NCBI RefSeq assembly: GCF_001194135.2
Contig: NC_068987.1
Coordinates: 12,187,828-12,251,827, forward strand
Direction: 5' to 3'
Length of the DNA stretch: 64,000 nt
Source: Octopus bimaculoides
Lineage: Eukaryota
The notes beneath the pieces are model-generated. The model ran no database searches, had not been told where the DNA came from, and saw only the letters and a program-made list of their open reading frames with translations. This document shows positions 63,260-64,000 of the stretch, piece by piece (the stretch's first letter is position 1; each line of letters starts with the position of its first letter). Both the position numbers and the translations under genes were made by a program.

Positions 63260-64000
63260 ATGCATGTGCAGATATAAATAAAAAAAAATCAGGAGTGCCA
63301 TTATTTCCGTAACAATGCTCACTTTCTCAACATATTTGACTAAAATCTACTACTTTTATTCAGCTGAAAGACATCACATAATAAATAAATAAATAAACAG
63401 ATAAATAAATAAATTAGATACAAACATTTCTTTCATGAAGAACTGGTTTCTCATGACATTATTACATTGACCTAAGCTATTTCGTATGAAATGAGTGCAA
63501 CTAACTTGCTTATACCTTTCAGACATATATGGAAAAATTGCAAATCAAACTACATTTTATTATTGTTAAAAGAAAGCTTTGAGATTTGACTGACTCAAAT
63601 ATGTTATGGCAATTAACAGAGCTTCCTATGGAAGTGTATATAAGAACATTACATAACAGGGTGGATATACCCTTTAAAAATTGACCATTCAGAAGAATTT
63701 GGTTTAACTTACTATTAGTTTAGGATCTGTTATGATCCTTAGGACTCATAAGACTGGAACTTAGCCTAATTTACATAGGGTACAAGAGACTGAGATCACA
63801 ACACCACCTCCTGAACAGGTTGCTAGTCCATCATAGGGTTAACTTCCCAACTATTGCTGGAATTAAATTTATAGCTGAGTGGACTGGAACTGTGAAATGA
63901 AGTAGTTTGCTCAGGAATACAATGCACTACTCTTTCCGGGAATCAAAACTAAGATCTTATAATCATGAGGGCAAACACTCTAACCATTAGACCATGCACA

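Overview
AT-rich, microsatellite- and repeat-dense eukaryotic DNA with many N gaps. The SINE/MITE complement and a mollusc-type 5.8S sequence point to a coleoid cephalopod, probably Octopus (inference). Two convergent intron-containing genes were assembled by hand from GT-AG, phase-consistent exons. (1) FAM221A on + has 7 coding exons, 992-15379; its start exon lies upstream of the window. (2) A large Rab GTPase of the CRACR2A/EFCAB4B (Rab46) type on - has 15 coding exons, 62738->21642, giving 466 aa: coiled coil, linker, Rab domain and a C-terminal CCS prenylation motif; its EF-hand exons lie beyond 64000. Introns are filled with at least four tRNA-headed SINE families, a 5'-truncated (GAT)n-tailed retroposon, RTE-LINE and Penelope-like remnants, and hAT, Tc1/mariner and piggyBac MITEs. 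The standout observation is at 60081-60516: an essentially full-length 5.8S rRNA copy is joined via TTTTTC to the 5' end of a full-length SINE, and the whole unit is enclosed by one 18-bp target-site duplication, i.e. a chimeric rRNA-SINE retrotransposition product. Other notable items are competing 5' splice sites that could switch off the Rab domain, a 123-bp tandem array of Pol III SINE heads, and nested or inverted repeats around exons. Exon, TSD and TIR coordinates were counted base by base; SINE/LINE boundaries are approximate. No database searches were run, so family names rest on recalled motifs.
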